From Lama guanicoe (lineage: Eukaryota), in the NCBI GenBank assembly GCA_013239625.1, contig MU053873.1, positions 324,524 through 388,523 on the forward strand: 64,000 nt of DNA, in the 5' to 3' direction. The position numbers and the translations under genes were made by a program. Positions within the stretch are counted from its first letter, which is position 1, and each line of letters begins with the position of its first letter. The notes beneath the pieces are model-generated. The model made no database searches and had not been told where the DNA came from. It saw only the letters and a list, made by a program, of their open reading frames with translations. Below, piece after piece: positions 37,001 to 49,396 of this stretch.

Positions 37001-40000
37001 GCCCGGGACTCCCGGGTAAGGAGAGATAGAGGCCCCTGCTGCCGCCTCTTCTTTTCCCTCGTGCAGGACATAAAAGCCGTGTTCTGGTGTCGTGGTTCAT
37101 TCCTGCCTGGGGTGGCTCAGAACTTCCTGTGACTGGGCTCTATGAACACACAGTTCCAGGGAAGGTGGGTGGAGGTTCTGGGAGGAATTAACTACAGTCT
37201 GGGAAGAAGAGGTTAACATCCTATTTGGGGGTAGGGGAGAGGAAGGCAAATTGGCATCAGTGTTCACACTTGCTCTAGGCTGACTGCTTGGGAAGGAATC
37301 ACTGATATCCTTGCACTTTAGATCCTGCACGTGGAGGACAGAAAGCAAGGGTGGTACTGCAGGCCTTTCGTTCGGCCCTCCTTTTGACTGACAAGACTGG
37401 GCGAGCAGAGTCCTTAGGCCCATGAGAACCAGCCCCTGAGTTAATGCCTTGGAGCTGCACAGGGTGGGCGGAGGGGTGTGCACGTGGGGCAGCCTTGCCA
37501 CTGGCTCAGGTGGGAACACCTGATGCGTTAGCAGTTCCCCAAGCCCCATGGGGACGGAAGCCTTAGCTGCATTTTTGGCAGCGATTCATGTGGAACTGTT
37601 GTTAATAATGTCTCCATGTTAAGTAGCTTGATTTATAAATCTCCAAGGAAGCACATGTAGGAGAGTAGAGACCTGAACCTCAGGAACATCAAGACAGAAG
37701 CAGGGCCAGGACGGTCCAGCGCAGCCCCGGAGGCCAGTTGCAGAGGCAGAAGAGCCAGCAGGTTTATCAAGGGCGCCGCATCGTGGGTGCTCTGAGAAGA
37801 AATGTCTTGGAGCAGAGAAGATATTGGGGGCAGAAGTCTGAGGCAGCAGCTGGCTGGTTTATCAAGTCAAATGAAAGGACAAAGAACTATACTACGCACA
37901 TCAGCTCCCAAGGGCTGACAGGGACTTCAAAATTGGGAGCTGGCCCAGTAGAGTACATGCCAGCTGGTACCAGCGTCTTCTGGGTGACTCGAAAGAACCT
38001 CCAGTTCCAGGGACTGATTTTCGTACTGGCATTTACAATTGACTCACATCTGTTTTAAGTTGGATGACAAAGCCTTAACTATGTGCTGCCACCTTAGGCT
38101 CTTTTGGCATTGGAGATGGCAAGGAGGACCAGCTGAATGCAAGGTCACAGCTTTTCCAACCTTGGGCTCCTAGTGGGCTCCCTTGCTAGACAGAGGACAC
38201 AACCTGGGCCCAGGCATGTGCCTCAGATATCTGCGCAGCACAGAGCTGAGACCCCCCTCACTCCTCCTCCTCTGCTCCTCAGCCTGGAGAGCTGATCTGC
38301 ACACCTTATGGCTTGGTCTTCAATTAGGAACCTAAAATTCACCAGCTGTTCAGCAAAGTGAGGCCACATCAATCTCCACAGGGCTTGGGAGTTCTTGGAT
38401 GCTGCCTCAACCCCAACACACAGTTTCTTTCTCTTGGCCCCCTTCCCATTGCTTTTATAGGATTTTAAGGCAGCAGTGCACTTGCAGACCTGAATCCATT
38501 AAAAAAATTTTTTTAAGTTCATATGTGAACTTTAAAGTCCTTGAGTAGTGATATACTGGCAATTTATCATAAAACTCAGACCAGAATATTACCTCTACAA
38601 GGTGGAAGACCCCAGGGCAGGACCAGTCGTCGTGCAGTTTTAATACATGGTGGGACGGAGAGCACTGTCTGGCTGTAATCGTTCAGAATGTCCACCAGCA
38701 GCCAGAGACGGACATGTCGTCTCATATCATGGACACTTACCACCAACCCCCCCTTTGTGGCAAGTGCTCTGCTCTAGATGAGGAAATGCCCACTCAGTTC
38801 CTCACCTGTGCACGGGCAACTCAGCTGGTGTTGCAGGGCTCGGATTCCAACCCAGGGCTGTGGACTCAGAAACCCAGGTTCTTTCCAGCAAACTGGTGGT
38901 TTTGAAACTAGCGTTTGTTGCAGCGCTTCAGAGGTTCCCTAAAAACATTCGCTTCAAATGTCCTGTTAAAAGTCATTCTTAGTATGTACACTCAGATATA
39001 AAACATGCAATACTTAGGCTGCCTGAGACCTCACAGAAACGCCTCCATTACTGTGTTTGTGTGGGCTTCTCAGGGGTCATTGATCCAGAGGGTGCAACAA
39101 CTCAATGCTACTGGTTCTCACCATAGTACAGTTTTACAGATCATAACCTCAGGGTGTTTCCTACCCAGTGTATGGAAGATAAGGGTGGAAAGCACGTATT
39201 GGATATTCTTTTCCAAATCCTGTTTTTCAAGCATCTACTTCAGTTTTGTCAGACAGGCTATGACTATTACCACTTACCTATATACAGTCAGGATTTTCCC
39301 TCTATACCATACAAAACAGATTCAGAAATAAGTTAAATACTGACACAGTTCACAGCTAACCCATTTGCGTTAGTCAAAAATGCTCCTTCCACCCTTGTCA
39401 CCCCACTGATTTAAGACATTATGACTTGAACTTAGCTCATGCTATTAACATTTGTTTTTATGTACTTGAAAGGTTAAAATGAAAGACAAAAACCCTGCAT
39501 TATAATATCAAAACCTTCTGATTTTAGTTAGGAGGGAGAGTAGGGCCCACAGTTTAAGCCTTTTGGTAACAACTTCTAAGCTCTTCTGCAAGATTCCTGG
39601 CTTGGCTAACTGAAAGAGAACCAGATTAAAATAGCTATTTATCTAAGGCTGCTTTCTGGAAGCCTAAGAGTACTGACCTGAGGGGATCAGAAGAGAAAGT
39701 TTCTTACTCAGATTTTGCTGTTTATTCATTGGTAACCCTGGATGAATCTTTGCTGATACCTGAATCTCAGTTTCCGCAACAAAAAACCAAGAGGTTGGAT
39801 TGATCACTAACTTCAGACTTTTAAGTATCAAAACCTTTCTTCTAAATCAGATCTGACTTGGACGCCTAATACTGAATGGGACTGGAGACTCGCTCCCCAC
39901 AGAACAGCAGGAAAGTGCATGATCTAAGGTCCCTCTTAGTTCTAAATGTCAGGATTTCAAGTCAAGTCCCAGGCCTCTGAAACAGAAACGCTGACTCCTG

Positions 40001-40127
40001 CTGCCCCCTCCTGGCCAGGCCCCTCCCTGGTTCTTGGACAGGCTACAGGGCTGAGCTGATTTATTCTTGGCACCTAAAACACTGGTCACAATACTGGCAA
40101 CCCGAGTCCAGGGGCTGAACAACTGTT

Positions 40128-43100
40128 TGTGGGTGAAAATGACACGTTTATTTAGTTTACACCGAGGCTTCAGCACAATCAATGCTGTTACAATAGGCAA
40201 GCACTACTGTCAGCAGCAACACATAGTATATTAACCAGGATCCAAGCCTCACGGGTTAAGTTTGCATTAAAAAAAAAAAAATCAAACCAATCAGGAAGCA
40301 GTTAAAGTTCAATTTTAAATGCCACTGTAAAACAAATTTCACTGAAAATACAATTGAAATGCAACTGCTATGAACGCTGTAAGAAAACCTGACTAAGAAC
40401 TTGGATATTATAGAAAAGACAGTGGTAAATAAAATACAGTAGCAGCATTTAAAAACTTTGTAATTCCCATTTCAGAGGGTACCTTTCCCCTTTCCCCTCA
40501 TGTCTCTGAACAACTGCCTAGCCTAAAAGAGCCCCGTTCAACCAGGGAGGCAGCTGTTACTGCACAAATGTGCAGCAGGTAAACTTCACTCAATGGAGAG
40601 GACCAAAGCGTCAGTGTGGTTATGTGCTGGGGGCAGGGACACTGGTATTTCAGTCAGAGGCTTAAGAGCACAGCCTCCTTATACCTGCTAGAAGCCTCTC
40701 ACATTCTGGTCCTGCCCTCCAGACATCTCATCAGTAACCTCGACTTAGAACAAATGTTCTTAGAAAATGACTAGAAATTAAACAGCTGGGACTCCTGCCA
40801 TATTTTCCACAACTCCAAATGGAGAGTCAGTCATTTCGCTCCACAGCCCAGGGCCCACTTTTAACTGTTAGCCTTACCCTCTGCTAATGCAATCGGGTGG
40901 GTACAGCTGGAGCCCTGGACAACAGGTCACTTGAACACACATCAGCTAAATGAATTCCTGCAACAGCACCTTCAAAGCAGCCCTCATTCTTAAGAAATCA
41001 GTAGAGGTCAGAGCTAGAGTTAACGACTTCAGTGGGCATGGGATCTCCAGCCTCAAGTGCAGCGGTCAAGTCTATCAGCTGTCTCAAGGACAAAGGCCCA
41101 AAATCATATTCTAGGGTTTACTCTCACTTCCCATTCATATATTTTTGTAATAGCTGGAAATTAACAAGTCTTCCAGCAGCATTTTGTTCATTCCCCTTTA
41201 AATCTACCACAGTACCTTTTTCTTAGACTATTCCTTTGCTAACATAGAAATGAACACTGAGCATGTTAGCAAAATTACTAAAGAAAAAAATTTTCTATAC
41301 ACCTTCACTAGGAAGTCCCAGTGGATTAAGGCAGCCCTGTCATTTTTGGACTGGGATTAAATAGACCAAAGTAGATAGAAAATATTAAGACAACCAGGAT
41401 AGGGAAAAAAAAACAGGAGGGGGACATTCTGGCAGCTCAAGGTCACAGTTAGGACCACTGCTCAGACCACATTCCTCCATGTGACAGCCTGAAGAAAGCT
41501 GGCCTCATCCTCGGAGAACTTCTCTTCTCCACAGACAGCCATCTTCCACCCACACTGTGCAGGTCTCACTGGCAGCCTAGCTCTTCATCTTCCTAACTCC
41601 AGGAGTTCCCCATCTATGGTCGTCACAGCCTTGCTACGTTCTACTGGTGTTTTTTAACTCACTGAGGACTAAACCATTAGACCTCAGAAACAGTAGGAGC
41701 TTTGTGTAGACACACATTGGTTATGACATACACTCACTCAGGTTTTTACAATTTGGTCTGAACACAAGCTCAGGTCCCTGATGGACTGAAGGCAGCTAAA
41801 GTGGCACTTTTTCCTCCCAGAGGACAGGCTAATTCTCAAACATCTGCAGGATGGCCCGCACAGCTCTCAGATTGGAACCAGCTGAGCTGTTTTTAAGTGC
41901 CTGTGGACTTTAGGCAGTGAGTACATCCAGCAAGTGACCCTGGAGGTGTCTCTGAGCAGGTTACTCATCAGCCCAGCCCAACTCAGTAGAGATTTGGGCA
42001 CCACTCAGTACCTACCTTCCCTAGGGAGGAACTGTATAGCATGTGCCCCCACAGGCCTGGGGGATGGGAAGGGTGCCCAAGACGACACGGGAAAGAAAAT
42101 CCACCTCCGTGAAAAGCAAGAACTAGTCAAGTGACAGAAGCTATGGCCTTCTCAGCTGATTGCAGGTCTAAGGAGCAGAGGTTCTTCCCTCTGTGTAGGA
42201 GGGAGGAGACCTCTGGTTAGGCACATAATGCACTCACATTCCAATTCAGTTCCTGCCCTAGGGTCTCTCTGCCCACCCAAGATTCTCTCATCCAAGGACA
42301 GGCAGAGCAGACACACCTTCTCGTCACCCTCCCCCCAACACCTTTCGGCCTCCACTGCATGCAGGCCTCTGTGCTCAACTGCTGCTACAGCTGCAGATGA
42401 TGCTCCCTGGCTGGGTTGGGCTTAAGGGGCCATAGCACTGGATGCCCTGAAATCAGCAACAGCAGGGGAAAAAAAACCTGGGAGGACAGAGTTTTAGTTA
42501 CTGCTGACATTCAGTTCTTCAGATAAGGAAGAACGGCTGATTGTTAAGATGTCTGACTGCTTTGCCTTTTTAGCTCTGGAGATATCAGGGCAAAAACCAC
42601 CACGGAAATGTATTTCAGTATGTGGGCTTCATGATACGGCTCCTTGCCAAGAGTTGAAAATAAGTCTGTAGTTTTCCTTTGCCAAAGTTCATTTTCCCAG
42701 CAGCACCTCAAATTGCTTCTGTGTAAGAGAAAAATGGGATGAGGAGGGAATAAACCACAGGGAAAAGAATTAGAACGTGTTAGCAAATGCTACCATGCGG
42801 AACACTAAACTTTATTTACTTTATTTATATATTTAACAGTTCTAAAGTATTTACTTCTTGCTTTGACAAAAAAATGAAAAATATAGGAGCACTGACTCCT
42901 CTTTAAGAGAAAAGGGTTATATTTACAGCTACGGAGAGTTACGTTTCCTCCTTTACATACAAAGAAAATATTAAAAAAGTGCTTCATTGATCAAAAAAGG
43001 GCTAAGAGCTGCAAGCATTTATTCACACTGTACATCAGACCCAAGAAACCCGTATCATAACCTCTTGGCACCTGTCACTAGGAACTGCACAATCTTTAAT

Positions 43101-44803
43101 TAGACTGACTTCTCCCTATCTGCAAGGCCAGACCACACAGAGTGTGGAGAAGAACTTACACCCTGTTTCACTAAACTCAAATTCTGAGCAACCTGCTGCC
43201 ACTGGGAAGTGAGAGACGTACTCAGATGCTCTTGGCTTTGCCTGGACAGCTCCAGGGAAGGCTTCTGGGTCACGTCTTAACTGTACCCAGGCACACACAG
43301 GAGCCACCTTCCTGAGACTCAACTTGCCTGTGGCCAGGGAACTGCTTCCAAAGAGTCAGAACAGTTCCCTGACCTCACCCCCACTGCCCACCACAATGCG
43401 CCCTGTTACCAGCTAGCAGCTTTTAGCAGAGCCAAGCATAGCCCTTCCCCTAGGAGGGAGGGCAGGCACAAAACACGGATGCCAAGATCACAAAGCACAA
43501 ACCTAAATGCCTTTCCACTCTTCTCCATACGCGCCTCCACCACAGGTATTCTTGATTTAAGGCTCTTTTTGGACCACATCAGAGCTTACTGAGGAAAGGT
43601 GCCTCGCATCTCCTACGGGCTGTTACTTCTCTAAGGAACTCTGCAGAGTCACCAAGTGGCCCCTCACTGCTGGGAAGCAGCACAGGAGCAGGGCAGTGGG
43701 ACTGCTGGGCCCTTCCCACCGCTCCAAGAAGGGGCGTCGGGGGAAGGCTGATTGTATGGAACATGCTCCCATTTCCAGAGGCTTGTACTCTGAAAGGCTG
43801 ATTCTGCCCCTTAAAGGGGAGATCCATGATTGGTTTGGTTTGGGAGTGGGGAGTTTTTCGAACCCTGAGTCTGGATTTCCCTGTGCTGGCTGAGGAAGGA
43901 AGAGAGACTGTCTGGGGGAGCAGGCCAGGGAAGGAGCTTCCAGGTGTGCCTGGGCTCAGGGCATACTTTGGCCTTGGCCACAGCAGCAGGACACTGCACT
44001 CTGGCCAGTCTGCACCCTTATGCCTGAGGGTGGGAAGTGCTACACAGCCTGGCTGAGGGAGGCTGACAGTGAAGGGAGCACTAGACAATCTGGGTTAAGA
44101 TAAAAAGGGAATCCCAGTGAGGAGAATATGCTGGTCACCCATTCCCAGCCCTCTCACTTGCCTCAGAGGAACATACCCTTTCCTTCCCCAAAAGGGGGGC
44201 CTTCGGGGTTCCGTTTACTACATGCCCCTCCCTCCAAATGCCAATCCCATTTATCTGGCTGTGGGGTGGGACTGGCCCAGCCTCTCTCAGGAGGGAGAGG
44301 GGACCTGGAGCACTGCACCGGGGGCAGATATTTTTAGTGTCCTCAGCAGCAAGGTTTTTCCAACCAGCTCTGATGCGGCAGTAACAGTCACAAACATCAG
44401 CAGTGACTTTATTCCCTGCTCACTATCTCAGGCCTCCACTCCTGACTCAACCAGCTTCCTCCCATTCTGAGGAACCAAGCCAAACCTCAGCATCACCTGA
44501 CAGCAGGCAGCTCAATAGTTACAGGAGCCTGGCAACCTCTGGTCTTTCATCCAAAAAAAAAAAAAAAAAACTGAGATGAGGGGATTTTTTTCTTTTTTGG
44601 AGACAGAAGGATAGAAAAGGGAGAAAAAAAATGGGAGGGGGTATCAATCTACAATCCAGTGGTACATCCCAAATTTCCATCATTCTGCACAGGTGGTTCC
44701 ATGTCCCCATTCCAAAGTGCACGGGCCTCTCGGTCTGCCCAGGCTGTGTGGGCCTGTCAGAGGAACTGCAGCTTGGCCTCTGCCCGCCCCAGGTCACTGA
44801 GCT
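40128..44803 (-). other. MTMR3: MTMR3 3'UTR (long form) with alternative polyadenylation signals
   Basis: Follows the stop at 44804-44806; minus-strand AATAAA at 43018-43023, 42820-42825, 42811-42816 and 40147-40152; poor in recognisable repeats. The distal end is inferred. Confidence 0.65.
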
Positions 44804-44975
44804 TCAGTTTGAAGTGGCAGCAATGGGTTTATCCAGTTCAAGGTCAATGCTGGAGCTTGTGGGATGTAGGCTGCTATAGCAAGACTTGCACACTCGACTA
44901 GGTTCAAAGAGCTGTTGGCTGGGAACTGGAACCTTCTGATTACAACAACTGGAGCAGAATACGTTCCCACAATTC
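44804..44975 (-). CDS. MTMR3: MTMR3 last coding exon, C-terminal half of FYVE domain: NCGNVFCSSCCNQKVPVPSQQLFEPSRVCKSCY...ATSN*
   Basis: tctcaag|G AAT TGT GGG; FYVE cysteines CxxC and RVC; ends in TGA. Confidence 0.96.
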
Positions 44976-46872
44976 CTTGAGATGAGAAGAAACAATACTA
45001 TGTTAGTTTCAGTAGCAAACATGGGGTAGGGAGACCAATTTCAGAAGACAGCGCTTTACTGTATATAATTTAGATGTGCTGGAGACTCCTCCAAGATCAA
45101 ACACTCCTCTAAGATCAAACACTCTGTCTAACCCAGAAAGAAGCCAGGCAGGGAGGGGATCCCTACCTAGCACAGTCACACGCCACTTCCTTAGGGCCAG
45201 AGACACTTGGCTGCTTCACCACTATGGCTCAAGGTTACCAGGTGTACAGAAGATGTTGCTCAAGAGAGAGCCGTGAGAACACACGGGCCCAGGGCAGAAG
45301 GCAGCAGCTAGCTCAATGGGTAAGTCTTGGCCCAGGAAAAGAGAGGGGCCACACCCACCTGGGCAACAGCCTCTATGTAGCTTGTGATCACAGAGAGGCC
45401 AGAGACCAACAGAACTGCCTCTGAGCCGCTCAGAGAGAAACTCCCAGTCCAGCTGGGGAGTGGGGAGCCTTGCCCAAAGGCTCAGAGGCAGAAACACGAA
45501 GAACAGACTGCTGCCATCTAGGACTGCCTTGCTGCCCGCATGCGAAGCCAGGAGACAAGCAACCAGTGACACATGCTCAGGGTAAACAGACAAAAGCACA
45601 GATGAACACGCATGCACACACATCCCCTTATTAGATAGGTGTCAGTCAGTCAAGGCTCACTCCCTGCCCCATGCATCTCCAGCGAACATCAGCCCTGCCT
45701 GCACCCAGGCCTCAGGCCTCTCTCCCCTCCTCCATTGGAAAGCCTCTCTGAGGTTGTCTGTACAGGACAGGCCTGGACAACCAAATATATGCCCTGCACA
45801 ATTAGCAGGGAAGGGAACTGGCAGAGGATGAGTTTCTGCTCACCCTGCAACCCCACGGGGGTAAAGTACACATCAGTGCCGATAAGGCAAGAACAGGGGA
45901 CTGAGGAGCCTGACACAGCCTGCCAAAGACTTGGGGAAAGCAGCTAAAGCCAAATCTTCCTTAGCCAGCATCACTCACTACCTTTTCATCTATACTCCTC
46001 CTCAGAAAGCAAACCCACTGCTGGATTAAGGACCACTTGAACATGGAGGAGAGCATACTAAATACACTTTGGGGACAAAAGAATACCACAAAAGGAAAAG
46101 CTAGACAAGGGGCAATGGAAAGACAGACAACTAAAACAAACACACAAGATTTCATCTTCTAGAATGCAGTGAGTACTTCACAACTGTTTCTGAAAAGCAT
46201 TAGTCAGCAAAACCCCGTGGTTACAGAGAATAATTACCTAAATCTATTTCTGAATGTGTACATTTAACCTACCTGCTAGAATTCAGCTCAAAAGCCTGAC
46301 ATGAATTTGATCAGTTAAGCTTTTCTATCTGCCTTCTTTCAGGGGATCCTGATAGACCCTAAATAGAGTTTTCCCTTATGTCTTCCATGCTAACATAGTT
46401 TCCTGGAAAGACCACTTCTGTTTAGTACTGGGCTCTTTAAAAAAAAAAAAAAAAAAAGAAAGAAAGAAAGAAAGAAAAAAAGGAGCAGTGATGCTGTTTG
46501 ACTTGGAAGTCACCACCATCATTCTGGCATCTCAACGAATAACTGACCCAAAAGAAATAGCTTTAAAATCCCTCAACTGGCTACTCCACGAGACCAGTCC
46601 TTGCTGAAGCACCACACCACTTCTTGTCATAAGCAAGATGGCTTAGCTGACCTGTGCTATCAGCAGGGGCACCCATGGCTGCAGCCTAACTCAGCTCTAA
46701 TGGTCTCCTCAACTGGCTGCTCTGGTCCCCAACCCTGAACCCACCTGCCTGCCTGTGCTCCCAGCCCCAAGCTTCATCCCAATGAGTGCAGAGAGGGGGA
46801 AATGGCAGCGTTAGTGTGGGGAAGTTATTGTAGATGTGCAGACATCACAGACAGGTTGTTGCAAATGCTCAC

Positions 46873-46899
46873 CACGTTTGATCAACACGGTCAGTGTCC
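46873..46899 (-). CDS. MTMR3: MTMR3 27-nt alternative micro-exon, (R)DTDRVDQT(W), inside the FYVE domain
   Basis: ccttgcag|G GAC ACT GAC CGT GTT GAT CAA ACG TG|gtgagc; polypyrimidine tract upstream; symmetric phase 2-2 matching the flanking exons; I recall the same peptide in a human MTMR3 isoform. Confidence 0.85.
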
Positions 46900-47649
46900 C
46901 TGCAAGGAGGGGAGAGAGAGCTCAGAGGAGAAGCCAACCAAAGACATTTGGGCTTGGGGTGAGGGTGGGGAGGTGGGGAGTCCTAGAAGCATTACTAAAC
47001 AGAGAGGTGGTTCCACTTTCAATCCAGTTCCACTTGTGTGGGTGAGCTACGTCACAAGTCAGATAAAATCCTATCCCGAGAACACTGAACATCCTCCAGC
47101 CATCACCCCAGCTGGGGCAAAGCATCCCTAGCAACTCACTACCCCAACCAAGAAAGAAGAAAGAAGTCAGGAGCCTTAAGGATCGAAGACTATCTCCTCA
47201 GCTATGCCCCCTAGTATCCCCCAACAAGTGTGGGGTCAGGGAGTAGGGTAAGGAGTAGGAAAATGAAGTTCCCTACCCACAGCAGGAAAACTATTTTTGC
47301 TTATAACAACCATGCTGAATGGAAAGAAATTTTATTCTAGGAATAAGAAATGGTGGTTTGGGTGGTGGCTGTTGCTCTACCAATCCAGGAAGCAAAGTAA
47401 TAGTACAAAGGGACATCACTTGCACATTTCAAAATTACTCATGATCACTAAAATGGAAGAAAGATACCAAATGCAGTTCTGCAAACACCAATTTCAGAGG
47501 AACAAAAGATGAACTGGGGCCTGTAGAGCCCCGGGCTCTGCCTCAGAATACTGCCAGCCAGACGCCTGCATCTCTCCAACCTGCAGGCTCTGTGGACCAA
47601 ATCTCAGCCTCCACACCCCTGCCCACCCCGCCATAACCCACAAAGGCAC

Positions 47650-47738
47650 CTGCAGTGGTGCTTCCTGCTGGCAAGCCAGAAGGCGCTGTCGCACGCATAG
47701 CAGTGGGCAGCCAGGTGGTCAGGGAGCCAACGGGTCAT
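47650..47738 (-). CDS. MTMR3: MTMR3 exon (89 bp), MTRWLPDHLAAHCYACDSAFWLASRKHHC(R), N-terminal half of FYVE
   Basis: ttttacag|ATG ACC CGT TGG ... TGC AG|gtgcct; WxxD and RKHHCR FYVE motifs. Confidence 0.96.
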
Positions 47739-48203
47739 CTGTAAAACAGATGGGGCCAGGTTAGTGACAGGAGATGGGCCATCCAGCTGGAGCCAGCAGA
47801 GCCATGCTGGGGGCAGCAAGAGTCACAAGGACCACACTGGCTCCAGTGGCACCAGCCCAGCAGGTCTGATGTCAGCAGTACAAGAAAGGCGTCCAAATCG
47901 TTTCCCTGAGAGGGCTCCAAACTCCCCTGAGATCAAGTGGCAGGCAACAGCACCCTGGGTCACTATGAGAGCTGGCGAGGCTCTAGTTCATAGAGGCAGT
48001 GAGGAGAAGGCCAGCTTGCTGAGTCTCCCTGGCTCAAAAATTCTAGGCTTGATGGGGTTTCACAGGCGCTGAGATGCAGAGAGGCTCGAGGCTAAGTGTG
48101 CTATGAGGTCATTCCTTGGCCAGGGGCAGGGGAAAGGATGGGGTGGAGAAGAACCGCAGAACAGTTGCATGGGTGGCACTCAGAACAGGGGCTGAGCCTG
48201 TAC

Positions 48204-48314
48204 CTCCGTGTCCTGTTTATCCACCTGCTCCCAGCTGGCTTCAGAGAAAATCTCTGTGCTGCAGCGAGACAAACAGTTCTGATCCAGATTGCTTTCCGAG
48301 TCAGGAATTGAAGT
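48204..48314 (-). CDS. MTMR3: MTMR3 exon (111 bp, phase 0-0), TSIPDSESNLDQNCLSRCSTEIFSEASWEQVDKQDTE
   Basis: caacag|ACT TCA ATT ... ACG GAG|gtacag; in frame between the long exon and the FYVE exon; not shown in this frame by the ORF track. Confidence 0.92.
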
Positions 48315-49396
48315 CTGTTGGCAAACAAACACAGCTGAACAGAATGAACCCGGTCTCCTCCCAGAAGAAGAAAGGGCTTGGTAAAGAAGGGACCACTAGG
48401 GACTTGGGGTGGGCCTGGGTGTTAGGGCTGCTGAATCTCTAGGTGCCTCAGCCATCAAGAACTTGGTTGAGCAGGTGCAGAGACAGGGTTGAGAGCTCAG
48501 CTGGAAGAGGGATACACAGTCTAAGGCTGTGTACAGTGATTCTGGAGTGGGAACTCAGTGTCAGTTGCTCCAGGGGGGGCCTGTCAATCCAACCCTGCCA
48601 CTTACATCTGTGTGCTGAAACTGAGTGCTTTGGGCCTGTCCTCCTTTTTCTGAAGGACTCTTTGGGACAATGAGAAACCATCATTAGTATAAGGGAAAAC
48701 CAAGAAGTCAGTTTGAATTGAAAGTCATTGGATGAGCCCGCCTTTAATGTACGCTGACTGCTTCAGAGCCAGACTCACACTTGTACTTGAACACATCCAG
48801 TCAGACCCACCAGTAAGGAGAGAACCTGCCTGAGGACCTCCCCTCAGGTATCCCCACTTCCAGTCACCAGGCCCCATTAGTGCTAACTCCCAACAGTGCT
48901 AGAAATCAATCCTTCTCCCCATTTTTACTGCCATTACCTGCTCCAGGCTGGGTACAGATATCTGTGTTTAAAAAGAACTAAACTGTCACAGCTACAGCTC
49001 CTGTCAGGGTGGAGGGGCGGCTAATTGTTTACCAGCTACTGGGGCAGGACAGGCACTGTAATTTGTCAAGAATATTTGACGCTGCCCTACAAATGTCACT
49101 CCGCCATTTAAGCTCCTAAGACACATGATCCTCTCTCCCAAGAGATTTGACCACCCACACAGTGAGTGTGAACACTTCCTTCTTCTAGCTACCTAAACAG
49201 GATACTCGTGGGAAGTAAGCAAGGCAGGAAAGAAAAAGAGGCACACTGCCAATCACCTGGCTGAGGCTGACCTCCAGCCTCTCTCAACAGGGCTACTACT
49301 TTGGACCTAATTCTTTCAGTAATCTGTACAAAGGGCGGCCCGGCTCAGTGTGCCCTGTCTCCTTGGGTAGCTATGGAGGCGCCATGGTGTACTCAC

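Noticed and set aside
43579..44088. 169-aa minus-strand ORF and overlapping ORFs
   Set aside because: Lies in the GC-rich MTMR3 3'UTR, starts at a non-ATG codon and has no recognisable domain.
45086..45124. 18-bp-period duplication (CTCCTCYAAGATCAAACA) and a similar 20-bp duplication at about 62511-62550
   Set aside because: Ordinary intronic slippage duplications with no sign of function.
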